Shown one piece after another: positions 1-27,225 of a stretch of DNA of 64,000 nt. Source of the DNA: Catajapyx aquilonaris (taxonomy: Eukaryota). Each line of letters opens with the position of its first letter. The first letter of the stretch is position 1. The stretch is from the NCBI GenBank assembly GCA_000934665.2, contig JYFJ02001034.1, positions 1 through 64,000 on the forward strand, in the 5' to 3' direction. Both the position numbers and the translations under genes were made by a program. The notes beneath the pieces were generated by a model. That model saw nothing but the letters and a program-made list of their open reading frames with translations. It was not told where the DNA came from and did not search any database.

Positions 1-134
1 TTGTAGGTCATACGAGGGGGACAGGGGCAACCTGTACTCCGCTGGCTACCCCTCTATGGGATTATTTTGCCGTGAAGTAAATGATGATGATGATGATATG
101 TTTCAAATTAGCCCGCGAAAATGCAAATTAATTA

Positions 135-226
135 AGGACACATTAATTGTTCTAATAAACATATTTATTCATTAGCTTCCGAGGACACATTAATTGTTCT
201 AATAAACATATTTATTCATTAGCTTC
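135..226. repeat. Tandem direct duplication of 45 bp (135-179 and 182-226) spanning the stop codon and AATAAA of the kringle gene
   Basis: aggacacattaattgttctaataaacatatttattcattagcttc occurs twice with a period of 47 bp. Confidence 0.9.
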
Positions 227-3200
227 AGGATTGAGGGTGGATGATGGCTCGTGGCCAGACGTTGCCTCGTAGCTTCCAGGGTTCAGGTCCTGGCTGGACA
301 GCAGAGGCGACAGGACGGACATCTCCTCCAGTCGCTCCTTGTGACTCCAGGTCCATAGTTTGTAAAATGTACTCACGATCCTGCAAATTAATCGGCATCA
401 ATATTATAATTATTAGCTGTTTAAAATAAATAAATTTGGTTACGTTTTTGCATGGCAGGCGATGAACGTGATTAGTACCAAGCCAACTATGCAGATTATG
501 ATGGCGGCTTTTGCCGGTTCGGAGAGATTCTGAAGGGTGTGGAAGATGGTGGGTGATGGCTGGACTGTGCGGATAATTGTTTCAGTTGGCGTAACGGTCA
601 TGGGGATTGTGCAGATAATAAGTTACCTTGAAGTCTGATCCAACTGGTCACCCACTTCAACTGCAGGTCTACCTGGGTGACCTCGCATGTCCAAACGCCA
701 GCCATGTCTTTGGCGACGGGGTCCAAAGTTTCAGTGTCCAGCTGAAAACATTGCGACGTTAGACTCCGGATGTACGAGCATTGGCTAGCTACATACCACG
801 TGGGGTAGCACAATCCCGTAGTCCACGTGCAGATTGTCATTTAGGAACCACCGCAGCTGCAGTTCGTTGTAAATCAAACCCAATATTTCTCCGTTGCACT
901 TGAGGTCAAAACTATCTCCCTCTATTGCGGAGTGGGTTTCATTCGTGGTTCTTACTACCACAGCAATCACTTCTACGGCAGTCCGTTTGTGCCTCGCGCT
1001 CTCAAATGTGCAGACGTACAAGCCAGTGTCTTCTGGTTCGGCAGGCCAAATTTCTGAAATGCACAGAGATTACTTCAGACATGTTCAGTGGATCAACCTT
1101 CCATACTTACTAAGTTCGCTGTGGTCTTCAGCCATAGTCAACCTACTGTTTGCCTTGATGTCCTCTTCGGACAAGTGGACAGCGTTTTTCATCCAGAATA
1201 TTTTGGATTCAGGCGACTGGGACTTTAAAGTAGCGATAATGTCAGACGGGCAGGTGAGGGTAACCGGGTTTCCTACATCCACATCCTTATTTCTGGCCTG
1301 TTCCGTCAACCTCTTCCGCAACTCCTTCATAACCTCTGCAGGCAGGAAATATGCAGTTGTAACAGACGCTTAGCATGGAAGCAGCAGCATTATTACCCCT
1401 AGAGGCATCGCCGCACTGGAATTCATTGCACCGTCCAACCATCTCATCCTTCCCCATGCAAGGAGCGCCAAACAGCTGGCCCGGCGTGGGATTGGTGCAG
1501 TTTCGAGTGCGGACGCCTGTTCCTCCACCGCAGGTCACTGAGCACCGCCACTCGGACCAGTCGGACCATCCCCCATCTCGAGGCTCCTCATCCAAATCTG
1601 CGCAAAATTTTCCAGAAAGGAAAGACGCGACATCACAACAAACATGGGCAGTAGCATTTACCTGGAGGGTCCGGACAACTAAAGGCCCAATACAAGGAAA
1701 CTTTTGGCTCCGAAGCAAGGCTGACCCACCAAACCGGAAAGTAACTTCCTGTCCACTTTGCCAGTTCCTCACCGAAGGACTGGATAACCAAGGATTCCCC
1801 TGTGTACCTTAAATTTGTGAGACAGAAAAATGTAAATGTGCGTATGATGACAAACGAAGGTGTGCACATTACCTAATATCAATCTGCTTCCATCTCTTCG
1901 TGTCCAATATATTCGATGAAAGCGACCTCTCGTCTACCACGGACGTTCCATTTTTATCGTAAAGTCTCAAGAACGTCTTACTCTCACCCCCTGCGTCTAT
2001 TGTGAGTTCAAGATAATCTCCATCGGGTGACTGGTAAAAAGCTATTTTGGCACCCTGCTTCCCTCTGACGTACAATTGAATGACATGATTCGTGGCATCA
2101 TCAGCCATTCCCGACCACATGTGAATGGGGAAATACGTGGTGTATTCCGGATCCCTCGTTATCATCACAATGCAAGCTGCAATAAGAAATATGACCCTTG
2201 CTAATCCGATTCGCCAACGCATTTTGTAAGAATCTCGGAAACGTACTGTCGCAACTCCCCAAGTTCCAAGCCAGCGGGTTGTTTCTTCCCGACGAGAAGG
2301 TGATGAAATTTGCCACAAATTTACTGTTTGTATGATCCCAGTGCTCCAGCAACGGTAAAACGTTGCCCAAACGTCCTAACTACGAATTTAAAATGTGGTT
2401 CAGTGCAGAACGACAATGACAAAATCAGCTAATTATTTGGCTCGTCAAACCTGGATTCTTCCTCCGATTGCTTGCACCCAGAATCCACTCCAGGCACCCG
2501 TAGAAATGTAGCGTGTCACCAACTTCTCCTTTAGCATAGTTTTGACTCCTTTAAAGCAAAATGCATGGCCGTTATTGTGAACAAATAGATTAACCATGTT
2601 GTATGAACATGAGCGATTCGCATTGCTCGATTGTGACTTTCGCTCGAAACAATTGGATTCATTGCTCAGCGATGCTCATTGCTGATCGAATCGCTCACAT
2701 GTAAACGTGGCCGGAGTTTCCGAAGAAAGACAGTGATTTACCTTCTTGCACAGAATAAATGGCAGACCTTGCCTCCTGGAGGCCTGCCGCTCCGATCTCG
2801 ATTTCATACATCTTGTTTTCGTTCCACTTCATGTAATGGCTATCTCTGAGTTGGATCACTGCCCCGCCGTCGTTGTCCCAGTCCCAGCTCCTCAACCAGA
2901 AGACTGACCTGGTCTGTCTCCACTCCAGAGGAATCGCCATAATGTCGGATGACTTATTGTGAGTGAATATGACGCACTCTCTCTCTCTATCTATGGGAGG
3001 ATCATACTTGTCATACTGGCGTCCCCCTCTGTCGCTGCACTCGGGGATCAGGCAGACTTCACCAGTCGACACATTTGCGGTGACGCACCATGGCCCGCCT
3101 AAACGGTTGTCGGGATTTCGACAGAATGAACCCGCCTTTTCCAGATCCATCTCACCAGTGTTCTGCAATAACGTGGACTTTAATAATTGTGTAGTTAGAT

Positions 3201-6174
3201 CCATGGTAATTTTATGCACTTGCCACATTGCCTTGGACATCTGCCCATGATAAACAAGCGAAACCGGATCGGCTTGTTGCTATGTTTCCCTCGTACATGT
3301 CACCAATCAGAGACGTGAGGCACTCTGAAACGAGAACCAAATGAAGCAAACCTGACACCAGAATGACCTGTGCTGTGATCCAACCTGACACAGCGACACA
3401 CAATTTGCAATCTACACAAATTATTACAATCAGGTGATGGCCAAACCAAATAAACCGACAATGTCACCTCCTGGGAATCGAATACCCACCATCTTGGTCG
3501 CACTTTTTTGACTGGCACGATTCCTTCATGTAACCTTTTACGATCGTATAGCACCACAGTCCACCTTTAGTGGCATCTGGATTTCGGCAATAGTTCCTGT
3601 TTTCTTCCGCAGATGTACTTTCAGGAAATTTCTAGAAACAAAATTTAAGATATTTGCATTTAAAACTCTAATGCCAATAAAGCAGGACAATTCATGTGCC
3701 GCACAGTTTTACTTATTGCGCCAAGAAGGTGACTTACGTAGTCTTTATCAGGATCTCGTGCATTCGTTGGTGCTATACTGTTCCAAGGTTCACACATTTT
3801 GCCTGTCTGTGTAACGTACAAGCGGCCCTCATAGTCCGTTCCAAGTCCACTGCCGCACTCGTCTTCATCTGAGAACATGTATTGGCCTGCACCTGAAGTA
3901 CAGTAGGACAATGCATACACTGAACAATTCTACATAATGCATCTTCAGTACACCTACAGTTAGGTGAGCACTGGAATATCCAATGCACAACCGCATGCCT
4001 GAAGGAATGGACTCCAAACCATACAACGCTTTTGAAAAAGTCATGCTTTGCTCTAAAAATCTCTGTCGCCCTTAGCATGGTGTGATGAACTAGCTTCATG
4101 CGTCCGGATGAAGAAATCCTGCAACACAACTTCTGTTTAATACCAACATTACAAAAGGGCTCCACATGACTGAAGACCAGCCTACTCACGTAAGAATATA
4201 TTTACTCCACTCAAAGTAATGAAACATCCGCGTCAGATTTCTTTTATCGACAGCAAATTTTTGTGGAACCTTACCATCGGTGCAGCTAACAGTCACAGAG
4301 TTCAGCTCCAGAAGTATCTGCAAAAGACAACTCGAGTCACGACTCCCACTTCAATCCCTCGTAGTAAAAAACACGTTGAAACACTTCTAAAGCATGCTAC
4401 CTGGCAGCTCCTGAAAGACTCATCTATTCTTCTCCGCAAAAGGATCTTGCCACCTTCCGCCATTGCTCGGACATGAAATTCCAGAACCCTCGTCTCATCT
4501 CTCTGCTGCAGCCGCCGAAAGAATCCCTCTTTGTCGTCAATTGTGGTCAGAACTTGGCACGGCTGAGGTTGATCTTCATTGCAATTTACCCTCCACAGAA
4601 ATGGAGCTGCCTGCTCCGTGTAGACAGAAATAAAACTGAAGGGCAAAGTAACTTGATGCGGAACTTCGTAGGTCGCAAAATTTACTGGGTCGCCTCGTTC
4701 TCGAACAGAGACGAACATTGACTCACTGTTAGGCACACTGTGAAGAGTAATGTGAAGGTGGAGCCATTTCAGGTGGCTAATACGCCTTCGTGTAAGGTCG
4801 TAGGTCTATATGAAACGGAAATGGCCAATTATTTACCAACTATTTACAACATGAGATTGCATCGCTATACTTACACCCCTCGTCAAGGTGGAAGGGAATA
4901 TATCCAACGAGATATTCCTGATGCCATTAAGTATCCCATCTTTTTTTCCGATCACAATTTCAATGACATTTTCTTTTGGGCTGGGAATAGCCATGGCTCT
5001 CAAAGCAACAACAGCAGTCGCTGTGACGCCTTTGAATGTCCAGGCTCGGATTGAAACATTCCAGTTATTTTTAGTCTCATCTACGTCGATAAAAAACTGT
5101 CCGGGTTGATTATCTTTCATAACTCCCGACGTGGCGATTGTGCAACCTTCTGGAATAATAATTGAATATGGTTGAACAACATATCTCACCAAATTTAACA
5201 CAATTAATCTATTACCATCATCTCGATTGCAGAAAGGAATGTTGCATGGCTCCCAGTCCTCTGCATTTTCACCAATGTAGCAAAACGGACCTTGAGGCTG
5301 TGCCTCAGGGTTGCGGCAGTGTGACCCTGCCTGCTTCGCAGAGCCATCAGGAAATTCTTTATCCTGCCAGTTCAATGGAGGAATCATGAAGTGTTAAGTA
5401 TTGTCACAAACATAAGCAATTATTTTTGACGCACCGGCGGAGGTCGTGGTAGAGTACTCCAAGGAATGCAGGATGCACCACTCACAGTGCGACTCACATC
5501 TCCTGCATATTCCTGGCCAGTGCCGGTCACCCGACAAGCTGCGGAAGAAAGGCTTTAAAATGAACTGCCGACATAATCAGCAAGATCATGTTTTAATGGT
5601 CCGTGCACTTATTTTGCAAACAGAATATTTACAAAGTGCGTCACACTGAAGCAAGCAAGATGCGTTACCTCTGAACTCACAAAACGGGACGTCACAATCC
5701 TCCCGGCCTACTGGATGCAACGTGTAACACCACGGAGACTTATCCTCTCCGATATTTGGTTGGCGGCAGTAATTTTTAGCTCTACTCAACGACACATCGG
5801 GGAAGTTGGCGACGTCCTGCTCCCCTGTCTGTAACAGGTTAGTTCATACAAATGTGCTCCACAACAATATTCTCCGAAGGAAAAGTTTAGAAAATGGCGA
5901 TATTCATTACCGGTATTTGATTAGGCGTGTTTCTTTCCCAATGTTGGCATAACCTTCCCGACTTTGTCCGCCGAATAATCCCATTGTAATCTAGAGCTCC
6001 AGCAGTCACTTTACAATGAAGGAGATCCTCTTCTTTAGTCGCTAGGGAATAAAGGTACGAAGCATTAAGCACAATACTCCTCACGAGAACAACTACTGGC
6101 TCACCTACAAGGCCGCATGTAAGTGGCGGCAGAGCGAATAGTATAAATACAGTGATTAATGTAAAATCCAGCAT
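212..6174 (-). CDS. Multi-exon type I membrane protein: signal peptide, (kringle-kringle-FAMeT-like-FAMeT-like)x2, TSP1, two Ig-like domains, TM, short cytoplasmic tail
   Basis: Signal peptide MLDFTLITVFILFALPPLTCG (ATG 6174). Four kringles with NYCRQP..SPWCY, HCRNPE..GPFCY, NYCRNPD..GLWCY, FCRNPD..GPWCV. Methyltransf_FA-like segments (YEIEIGAAG, WSGFWVQAIGGRIQLGRLG, NILDTKRWKQIDIR). TSP1 DGGWSDWSEWRCSVTCGGG..RTRNC. Ig motifs VTLTC..W..DTGLYVC and DLKC..W..AGVWTC. TM AIIICIVGLVLITFIAC. Last exon ends ..LNPEANE, TAA at 214-212. Junctions I checked are GT-AG; not every internal exon was resolved. Confidence 0.8.
2606..2713. mobile_element. Degenerate short MITE (Harbinger-like GGCCACGTTTACATG end), related copies at ~58690-58830 and ~60984-61090
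   Basis: Imperfect inverted repeat gagcgattcg / cgaatcgctc, terminus catgtaaacgtggcc. The core aaacaattgg..cat(t/c)gctcagc is shared with the GST intron copy. Confidence 0.45.
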
Positions 6175-6380
6175 TCTTCCGTCGAGCAGTAAATAACTCA
6201 CAGGCTAATCAACAAAGAGGGTAGCAACGGTCGATGTTTACACAACTGGAAATATTGTTACGTTCAGTCAATATCCATACAAATGACACTCAAAACAAAC
6301 TTTATTGGCCCACAATACAATGTTCTCACTATTATTCTTCAAATAGGCGGTCAAGTCGTGGTGGGGGGAAAAAAAATGGA

Positions 6381-7173
6381 TCACCGTATGCAAGTGAACT
6401 GCTGGAATTGCACTGTCACAAAGTTCCCCATTTTCAACACGGACACTGGCTGGTCGCAGGCTGGGGCGTGAACTTTGACCTGCCTCAGGTGGGTGTCCCT
6501 TCCGTTCTGGTGATTGGTCACCACCGCCAGTTGGAGCATGAAAGTCCTCAGAGGCTTATCGTGCAGATTCTTCAGTGCAACCTGAGTAATAATAAAAAGG
6601 CGGTTACGAATCGTAAAAGGCGGGGCAACATGTGCCACGAACCTGCACCCATCCCGAGGGCTCATTGAGCTCCACGACTTCAATCTCCTGCAGATCGTTG
6701 AAATGGGTTCCGGCCCTGATGGATATCCTGCTGGGCGTGTAGCTCTCATCCAGCTTGTAGTCCGTGTAGATACAAACGTCCTGAATTGTAGTCTTGCGCC
6801 TGAACTGGATGTTCACCAGGTGCGGAAGCTGCCCGTCCGACTGCCAGTATGTGTCCAGGCAATCGTCTCTCAGCTGATCCACTCCGAAGCCTGTGAATAC
6901 GTTTATTTAGAACAATGCGGTATGCTCTCAATGTATTGCTACGCCCTGTAAATCAACGTTACTGTACCATGCGGACCGCATCCAAACCATTACGAGCGCA
7001 ACAATGTTTATCCTAACCAAATAAACTTTAAGGTCTGGCTCTGCGGCCAGTGCCAAACATTCCAAACCTGGCTTGCACGAGGACAGGCTCCAAATGGCCT
7101 GCGATCCGACCTCCCTGACCTTCCCTGACCTGACCTCCCGAATCGGGTCAACTTCGTCCTTCACGCCGCTCAT
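6381..7173 (-). CDS. ANAPC10: Anaphase-promoting complex subunit 10 (APC10/DOC1); exons 7173-7068, 6890-6643, 6581-6381
   Basis: [76 protein letters not shown] and the C-terminal IR tail. Confidence 0.97.
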
Positions 7174-7952
7174 TGTTCCAAATGACTCCTGCAAGTACAA
7201 CAAGTGTTAATGACGCACAAACGCTTGGCATAACCAACCGACCTTAACAACATTTAACTAGAAGTAAAGCTGGAAATTATAATTAAATATTTTTCTTTAC
7301 AAAATATTTTTCCCTCACTTTTCCTGGTTATCAGGCGCCGCCATATTGGATTGTCAATATTCCTGATTAATCTGCCTGACATTATTTAAATACGTGAATG
7401 GCTTTAAAATTATTAGCTAGCATATATTTACGTTAAATTGTTTTTAAAATATTGCAATATAATTCGGCGGCTCCTATTGGCCCCGGCGGTGCCACGAGCT
7501 CCAAGATGGCTGCCCCCATCGACAGCTTCAATGGCAATGACGGCGCCAAATGCGAACGTCGCAAATTGTCTCTCTCTGAAACACCCATTAAACTCCGCTA
7601 GTCCATCAACAACGATTTTTAAAAAAAAACCCCCGGCGGTAGTTGACGACTACAGAAATAGCCTGCTGATAACAGCTGATAATGGTCGGTGGCTTTTAGA
7701 TTAATCTCTGTCTGTTTATTTCGGTGCATTGTATGGGCAATGTTTCGATGTACATAAACCACGTACATCGGGCTACGTGTACACATGCCTTCCCCCTCCT
7801 CCACCTCCTCCTCCTCTTTCCTACGACCACCCAATCGGTCCAGCTGCAGGTGGCCCTGAACCGCACGTGACGCCGTTTAATCCCACCCTCCCTTTCGCAG
7901 TGTCTGGTGTTGCCCTAATCTGCGGTTTGTTTGTTGACCCGACTAGATAAAA

Positions 7953-9390
7953 ATGCAGAGGCACCGCAGGCTGAGCGAGGAGAACGTCGAAGGAGTGGTG
8001 GTGGCAGAGGCAGCAGTGGACATGGGAGGAGAGGGTAGCAAGCATCAGCAGGGGATGAGGAATAATAAGAAGGACATGGCCACCAGCAGGAGGAGGACTG
8101 CAGCTGAAGAGGAGGACGAGGACGAGGACGACGACTCGTGCGAGTCCGACATGGAAGGCTCCTCCGTTGAGGTTGGACCGGTGCGGGATGACACCATCAA
8201 GAGCATGGGGTTCAGAGGGAAGGCCAAAGCCGTGCTGGAGGCGCACCGGTTTCATGTAAGCGTAACGATACTTATGGGACAGTACGGTCACCAGCCATAC
8301 AGACACCTACTGGTGCGGTCACCCTCTAGCCCCGGGCCCACCGAGAGGGCTCCAATACATACGGACTTTCTTACCGTTGCGTTCAGCTAGGTGGCCTGGA
8401 TGAGCAGGGGGCGTTAACGGTGCGGTGTAGGGTGACCAAAGTTGGGTAATTCAGAAGTAAAACACGGACATGGATCAGTAATAAGTTTGGCAGACTGGAC
8501 GTAGCATGTATGCAACACAATGCGTCACATCCTCTTATTTCAGAACCGCCCCTTTTCCATACTGATTACATTGTCAGCTTGTGATACATCGGAATACTTT
8601 AGCGTACACTTTCGTTCATCACTGGAGCTTGATTATTATCAAGGTGTTTCATAACCGGTACATTTGCGAAGGGGTTGCGCATACAACGGACTTCGCGCCT
8701 TATACGCCGTACAACAAACTTGACTTTACTGGGTTTTGTGTTGCAGTTTCAGTAGTAATGTGCTGCTTGTTTTATGGCCACAGCTAGCGGTTCTGTTCCT
8801 GGTGCTTCTGGATTGCCTCATGGTGATAGGTCAGATCCTGCTTGACCTGGAGAGGGTCGACCACAACCACCCGTCCCAGCAGGCCCTTCACTGGGCCTCC
8901 CTCATCATCCTCTGCGTCTTCACACTTGAGTTTTGGCTCAAGGTGTATGTCTACCACATGGAACTGTTTCGAGACAAGCGGCATCGGATGGAGCTCTTTG
9001 ACGGTGCCATCGTCATGATCAGCCTGGCGCTGGACATCATCTTCTACAAGCATCACGGTGCCGCTTCTGCACTCGGCTTGCTCGTAGTGCTCAGGTGAGA
9101 TGTGCTGGACCAAGTTCTGTTGTTCCCAAACTTATGTAAAATGTTATTGCAGGTTCTGGCGAGTGGCTCGCATCCTCAACGCTGCCGTGATGGCAGTGCA
9201 GACAACCGCACAGTCCCAACTGGAGATCGAGAGGAAAAAGTATGCGACGTTAAGACTCAAGTACACAGAGGTTCATGAGGAACTCAGGAATCTCAAACTC
9301 GTACTGGAGATGTCAGGAATCGTTTTGCCTTCCACAAACAATCAGGGGAATCACAATCCGCAAGAGGCGGCCCCAGAGCAGAGCAGGTGA
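7953..9390 (+). CDS. HVCN1: Voltage-gated proton channel Hv1; exons 7953-8255, 8784-9094, 9153-9390
   Basis: S1 LVLLDCLMVIGQILLD (selectivity Asp), S2 LHWAS..VFTLE, S3 ELFDGAIVMISLALD, S4 LRFWRVARILN (RxWRxxR signature), C-terminal coiled coil, no pore domain. Confidence 0.93.
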
Positions 9391-10683
9391 GAGACCTAGT
9401 TAGCACCGCTCTACCGGAACGGGCATTGTTACAGCACAATTCATGTGCTAATGTATCCTAATTACCAGCATTAACCCTGCTGCTGACTCATTGTACGCAT
9501 GATTGGCATTTCCATTTGTTCTCCCGATGCGACGAGATATTGCTATCTCACGCCATCTGAACGTAGAAAATGTACTGCAAGTTACGTTACAACCTTGTTC
9601 CAGATAAACGTGAATGAAAGCAGCACGACTGATTCGTGACTTTCTTTTCAGTGGCGTTACCAGTGAATGAATCTCCATATCTACTGTACACAACGACAAG
9701 TGCCAAAAACTATATGTATCTCATTACTGTTACCGAACAAGAATATTTGTATGTTGCAAAAAAATAGTTTTATTTTGCAGCAGGTGTCCCTAGTTACTTA
9801 TGCGTGAGGGAAGTAGCATATTTGGGCATTGCGGTGTAATTAGCGGTAGGTTGAATTTTTACTGCCTTGCCTAAGTGACGATTAGTCGAGGGCAACAAAT
9901 CAATCCTTTGCAATCACCATTCAGCACTATGAAATTGATTACTTGGCAATTCAACACGAGCCTACAGGAAGCAATTAGTCCTCGGACGCTACTAGGCGTA
10001 ACGGCCGTAACAAATGGAAACTGGAAATACATAATACAGTGTCGATTCGCTAGAAAACCCAAACATTCCTCAATGACTTTTCCGCTTGTTGTACGGTTCC
10101 CTCTGAAAATTGGCACGTACTTACCTTGTACGTTGCAAAACAAGGCCGGCCACGAATTCGAGGCAAACATGGCGTACGGAGAGAAGAAAATAAGCAAGTT
10201 ACCTTACAACTGGTTTTATTCTAGGAATGGACAGTACACAATCCTGATGCACAATTAACCTACGATTTTAAAAAACCTTGGTCACACATTGGTAGAGAAT
10301 TAACATCGGAATCTACCCAAGCTTCTCCCACCCCACCCTCACTGGTCCGTCCCTCAAAAAATGTAAATCTGTCGAAACATATCAAACTGCAAAAAAAATC
10401 AAAAAAATTGGCTCAGAGAGTTCCGGCGGGACATCCGAAAAATGGTGTGCTTGCTTCTACTTTTCTTTATAAGCACACACTGTCTTGCTTCATCATCATC
10501 GTTGTACTGAGTAGGTGGGGTCAGCTTCTCCCTCTAAATGAGTAAGACTGTGGTGGTAGCACGGCAGGGTGGTGGTGGTGGAAAAGGAAGTAATTCTGCA
10601 GTGAAATCCCCCTTGGTGCTGCTGCTGTAGCATCAAAGGTTGCCTGCTGGTCCACCCTCCGCTGGTCGTCATCCTCTGCCTCC

Positions 10684-24934
<14,251 letters not shown>

Positions 24935-25614
24935 GTCGGGGGGACGGGGGACCTGTGGGCGGTACAGGGTCGGCGTCCTGCTTGTTCCTTTATAAGCCGA
25001 ACCCCAAACCTCCTTCTCCTCCTCCTCCTCCTCTCTTGCAGGTCAAGGCGGGAGGGCGCGGCAAACCGTGGGCCGCCCCTGGGTGTCTCTGAGTACGGGC
25101 TAGATCGCGAGGGAAGGAACCTGGGGGAGGCGAAAAAAAGCGAGGCGAGCGGGAGGGGAAAAGGAGGCACAATGGAAGCCAAACCACGCCAATCGCAACA
25201 TACTCCAGAAGAGGAGGGAAGAAAGTAGCACAGCAGCTGCAAATAGCAGCTACAGAACAAACCGCTACTTCCGCCATGTTGAGTCCGGTCTACAGCATAT
25301 GTCCATAGCCTCGTTGCCATAAAAATTTAAATAATGTGTGAACAAAATGTGGGCAGTTCATACTGGCTGGAACACCCCCCCATTGTTGGTTCAACAATCG
25401 GATTTGTGTAGCTGCTACTCTTAGCTAATATGAATCATAACGGGGAGGTAGGGGATGCGGTGGGTTGAGGAGGGGGAGAGGGGGGTGGACGCCGGCTGAA
25501 AGTAGTTCCTAACATTCCCGCGACGAACCGGATGGCGCTAGGGCATGGGCACTGCGCATATATAACATAGCGGCTATAGAAGTAGCAGGTTGTAATCAAA
25601 AGGGTCGCCTCCCT

Positions 25615-26027
25615 GACACAGCCAAAAGCCCAAAAACCCTGACAGCCAGACTTTTTACCGCCAATTCCCTGACAGTCCATTGCCTTTACAGCCAACACCC
25701 CTGATAGCGAAATTCTTTTACCGCCAATTCCCTGGCAGCCTAAAGCCCTGACAGGCAAATTCTTTTACCGCCAATTCCCTGACAGCCCATTCCATTTACA
25801 GCCAAATTCTTTTGCCGCCAATTCCCTGGCAGCCAAAAGCCCTGACACCCTAAAGCCCTGACAGCCAAATTCTTTTACCGCCAATTCCCTGGCAGCCAAA
25901 AGCCCTGGCAGCCAAAATCTTTTACCGCCAATTCCCTGACAGCCCATTCCCTTTACAGCCCATTCCCTTTACAGCCAACACCCCTGACAGCCAAATTCTT
26001 TTACCGCCAATTCCCTGGCAGCCAAAA
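25615..26027. repeat. Hierarchical minisatellite of ~15-bp units ending in CAGCC/CCGCC (core ttttaccgccaattccctg(g/a)cagcc, ~8 copies)
   Basis: Direct tandem repeats; the intervening units are themselves variants of the repeat. Confidence 0.9.
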
Positions 26028-26225
26028 CAAAATTTACTTGATTGGCAAATCACGTGTGTGATTAGAGTATACTTTTTCATGTTTACGGCTATTGTCCCCA
26101 ACGTCAGTCACGGGACTGGGAGGGAGAAAGAGTGCTGATCTGTGGGAGGGGGCGGTGGGGGGACTGGGAGGTCAGGGGGAAGGGGCGGATCGGGGCGGAT
26201 AGAGTGAACCCGGACCGCGAAAATC

Positions 26226-26521
26226 GAAAAAGTCTTATAGCACGGCTCTGTCTGTCTGGTCTGGGGGGAATGGGCGGTCAGGGGTCGAGGGTGGTTGGGG
26301 GAGAGGGCAGCCAGGGGGCTCGGAAAAAGTCTTGTAGCACAGCTCTGTCTGTCTAGTCTGGGGGGAATGGGAGGTCAGGGGTCGGGAGGGGGGAGGGCAG
26401 CCAGGGGGCTCCGAAAAAATCTATTATAGCACGGCTCTGTCTGCCTGTCTGTATCTGTCTGTGGACAGGTATCAGACAGACAGACAGAGCCGTGCTATAA
26501 GACTTTTTCCTTCGAAAAAGT
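26226..26521. mobile_element. Element with three direct copies and one inverted copy of gaaaaagtcttatagcacggctctgtctgtct, a (GTCT)n microsatellite and a 3' hairpin; DINE-1/Helentron-like
   Basis: Copies at ~26226, ~26323 and ~26413, inverted copy ending at 26509, hairpin actttttc-cttc-gaaaaagt. Confidence 0.55.
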
Positions 26522-26558
26522 TAGCAGTTCGTTCAAAATGGCGGCAATAAAAGTAAAG

Positions 26559-26691
26559 TTCCTTACGCATGAGGCGAAGAAATTAGCCTCCAACAGAGGT
26601 GCTAAGCTATAGAGGGGAGTGCGAGTCATTGCATCAGGGGGAAACAGCACCTCTGTTCGAGGCTAATTTCTTCGCCTCATGTAGTAAGGAA
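26559..26691. mobile_element. Palindromic MITE-like element
   Basis: ~45-bp arms ttccttacgcatgaggcgaagaaattagcctccaacagaggtgct / agcacctctgttcgaggctaatttcttcgcctcatgtagtaaggaa. Confidence 0.75.
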
Positions 26692-26747
26692 ATCCTTTAA
26701 CCGACTGTACTTTTATTGGCAACTCGAAGTGATTGAGTGTGAGGTGT

Positions 26748-26871
26748 GAGCCGTGCAAGTAAGAAAAGGTAGGCCTTGAGTGACGTCACCGGCTGGGGGG
26801 CAATGGAGAAAAGGCTTGTCCCCCAGCCAGTGACGTCACCCAAGGGCTACCATTTCTTACTCGCACGGCTC
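26748..26871. mobile_element. Palindromic MITE-like element with two TGACGTCA sites
   Basis: Arms gagccgtgcaagtaagaaa..gtgacgtcaccggctgggg / ccccagccagtgacgtcac..tttcttactcgcacggctc. Confidence 0.7.
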
Positions 26872-27225
26872 GCATCATTTCGATTTGAAATTATGCCGCA
26901 GCGGGAAATGTCGCTAGCAGTATGCAGCACTACTGTATACACCAGTTCCTTCTAGTTCAAACGGACGTGCATTGTTACAGTGTTGCAGTCCTGGCAACAA
27001 TGGGTGACGTCAACCCTGCTGGTTGCACTGTTCAACTCTGGGTGGTTATTGCGATGTTAATCCAGCGCTTAACACAACAAATGACAGGTACACACTACGC
27101 CACATCTGCGACTTCACGACAACAATGAGCTACCACCCGGAGACAACAATGTGCTGGCGGGTATTGTACTGTGTTTCAATACTATCCAGATGTGTGTCAA
27201 TACAGATGAGTTAGATAACACCCAG

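Noticed and set aside
25615..26027. Repeat-spacer pattern resembling a CRISPR array
   Set aside because: The spacers are variants of the same 15-bp unit, there are no cas genes, and the context is eukaryotic.
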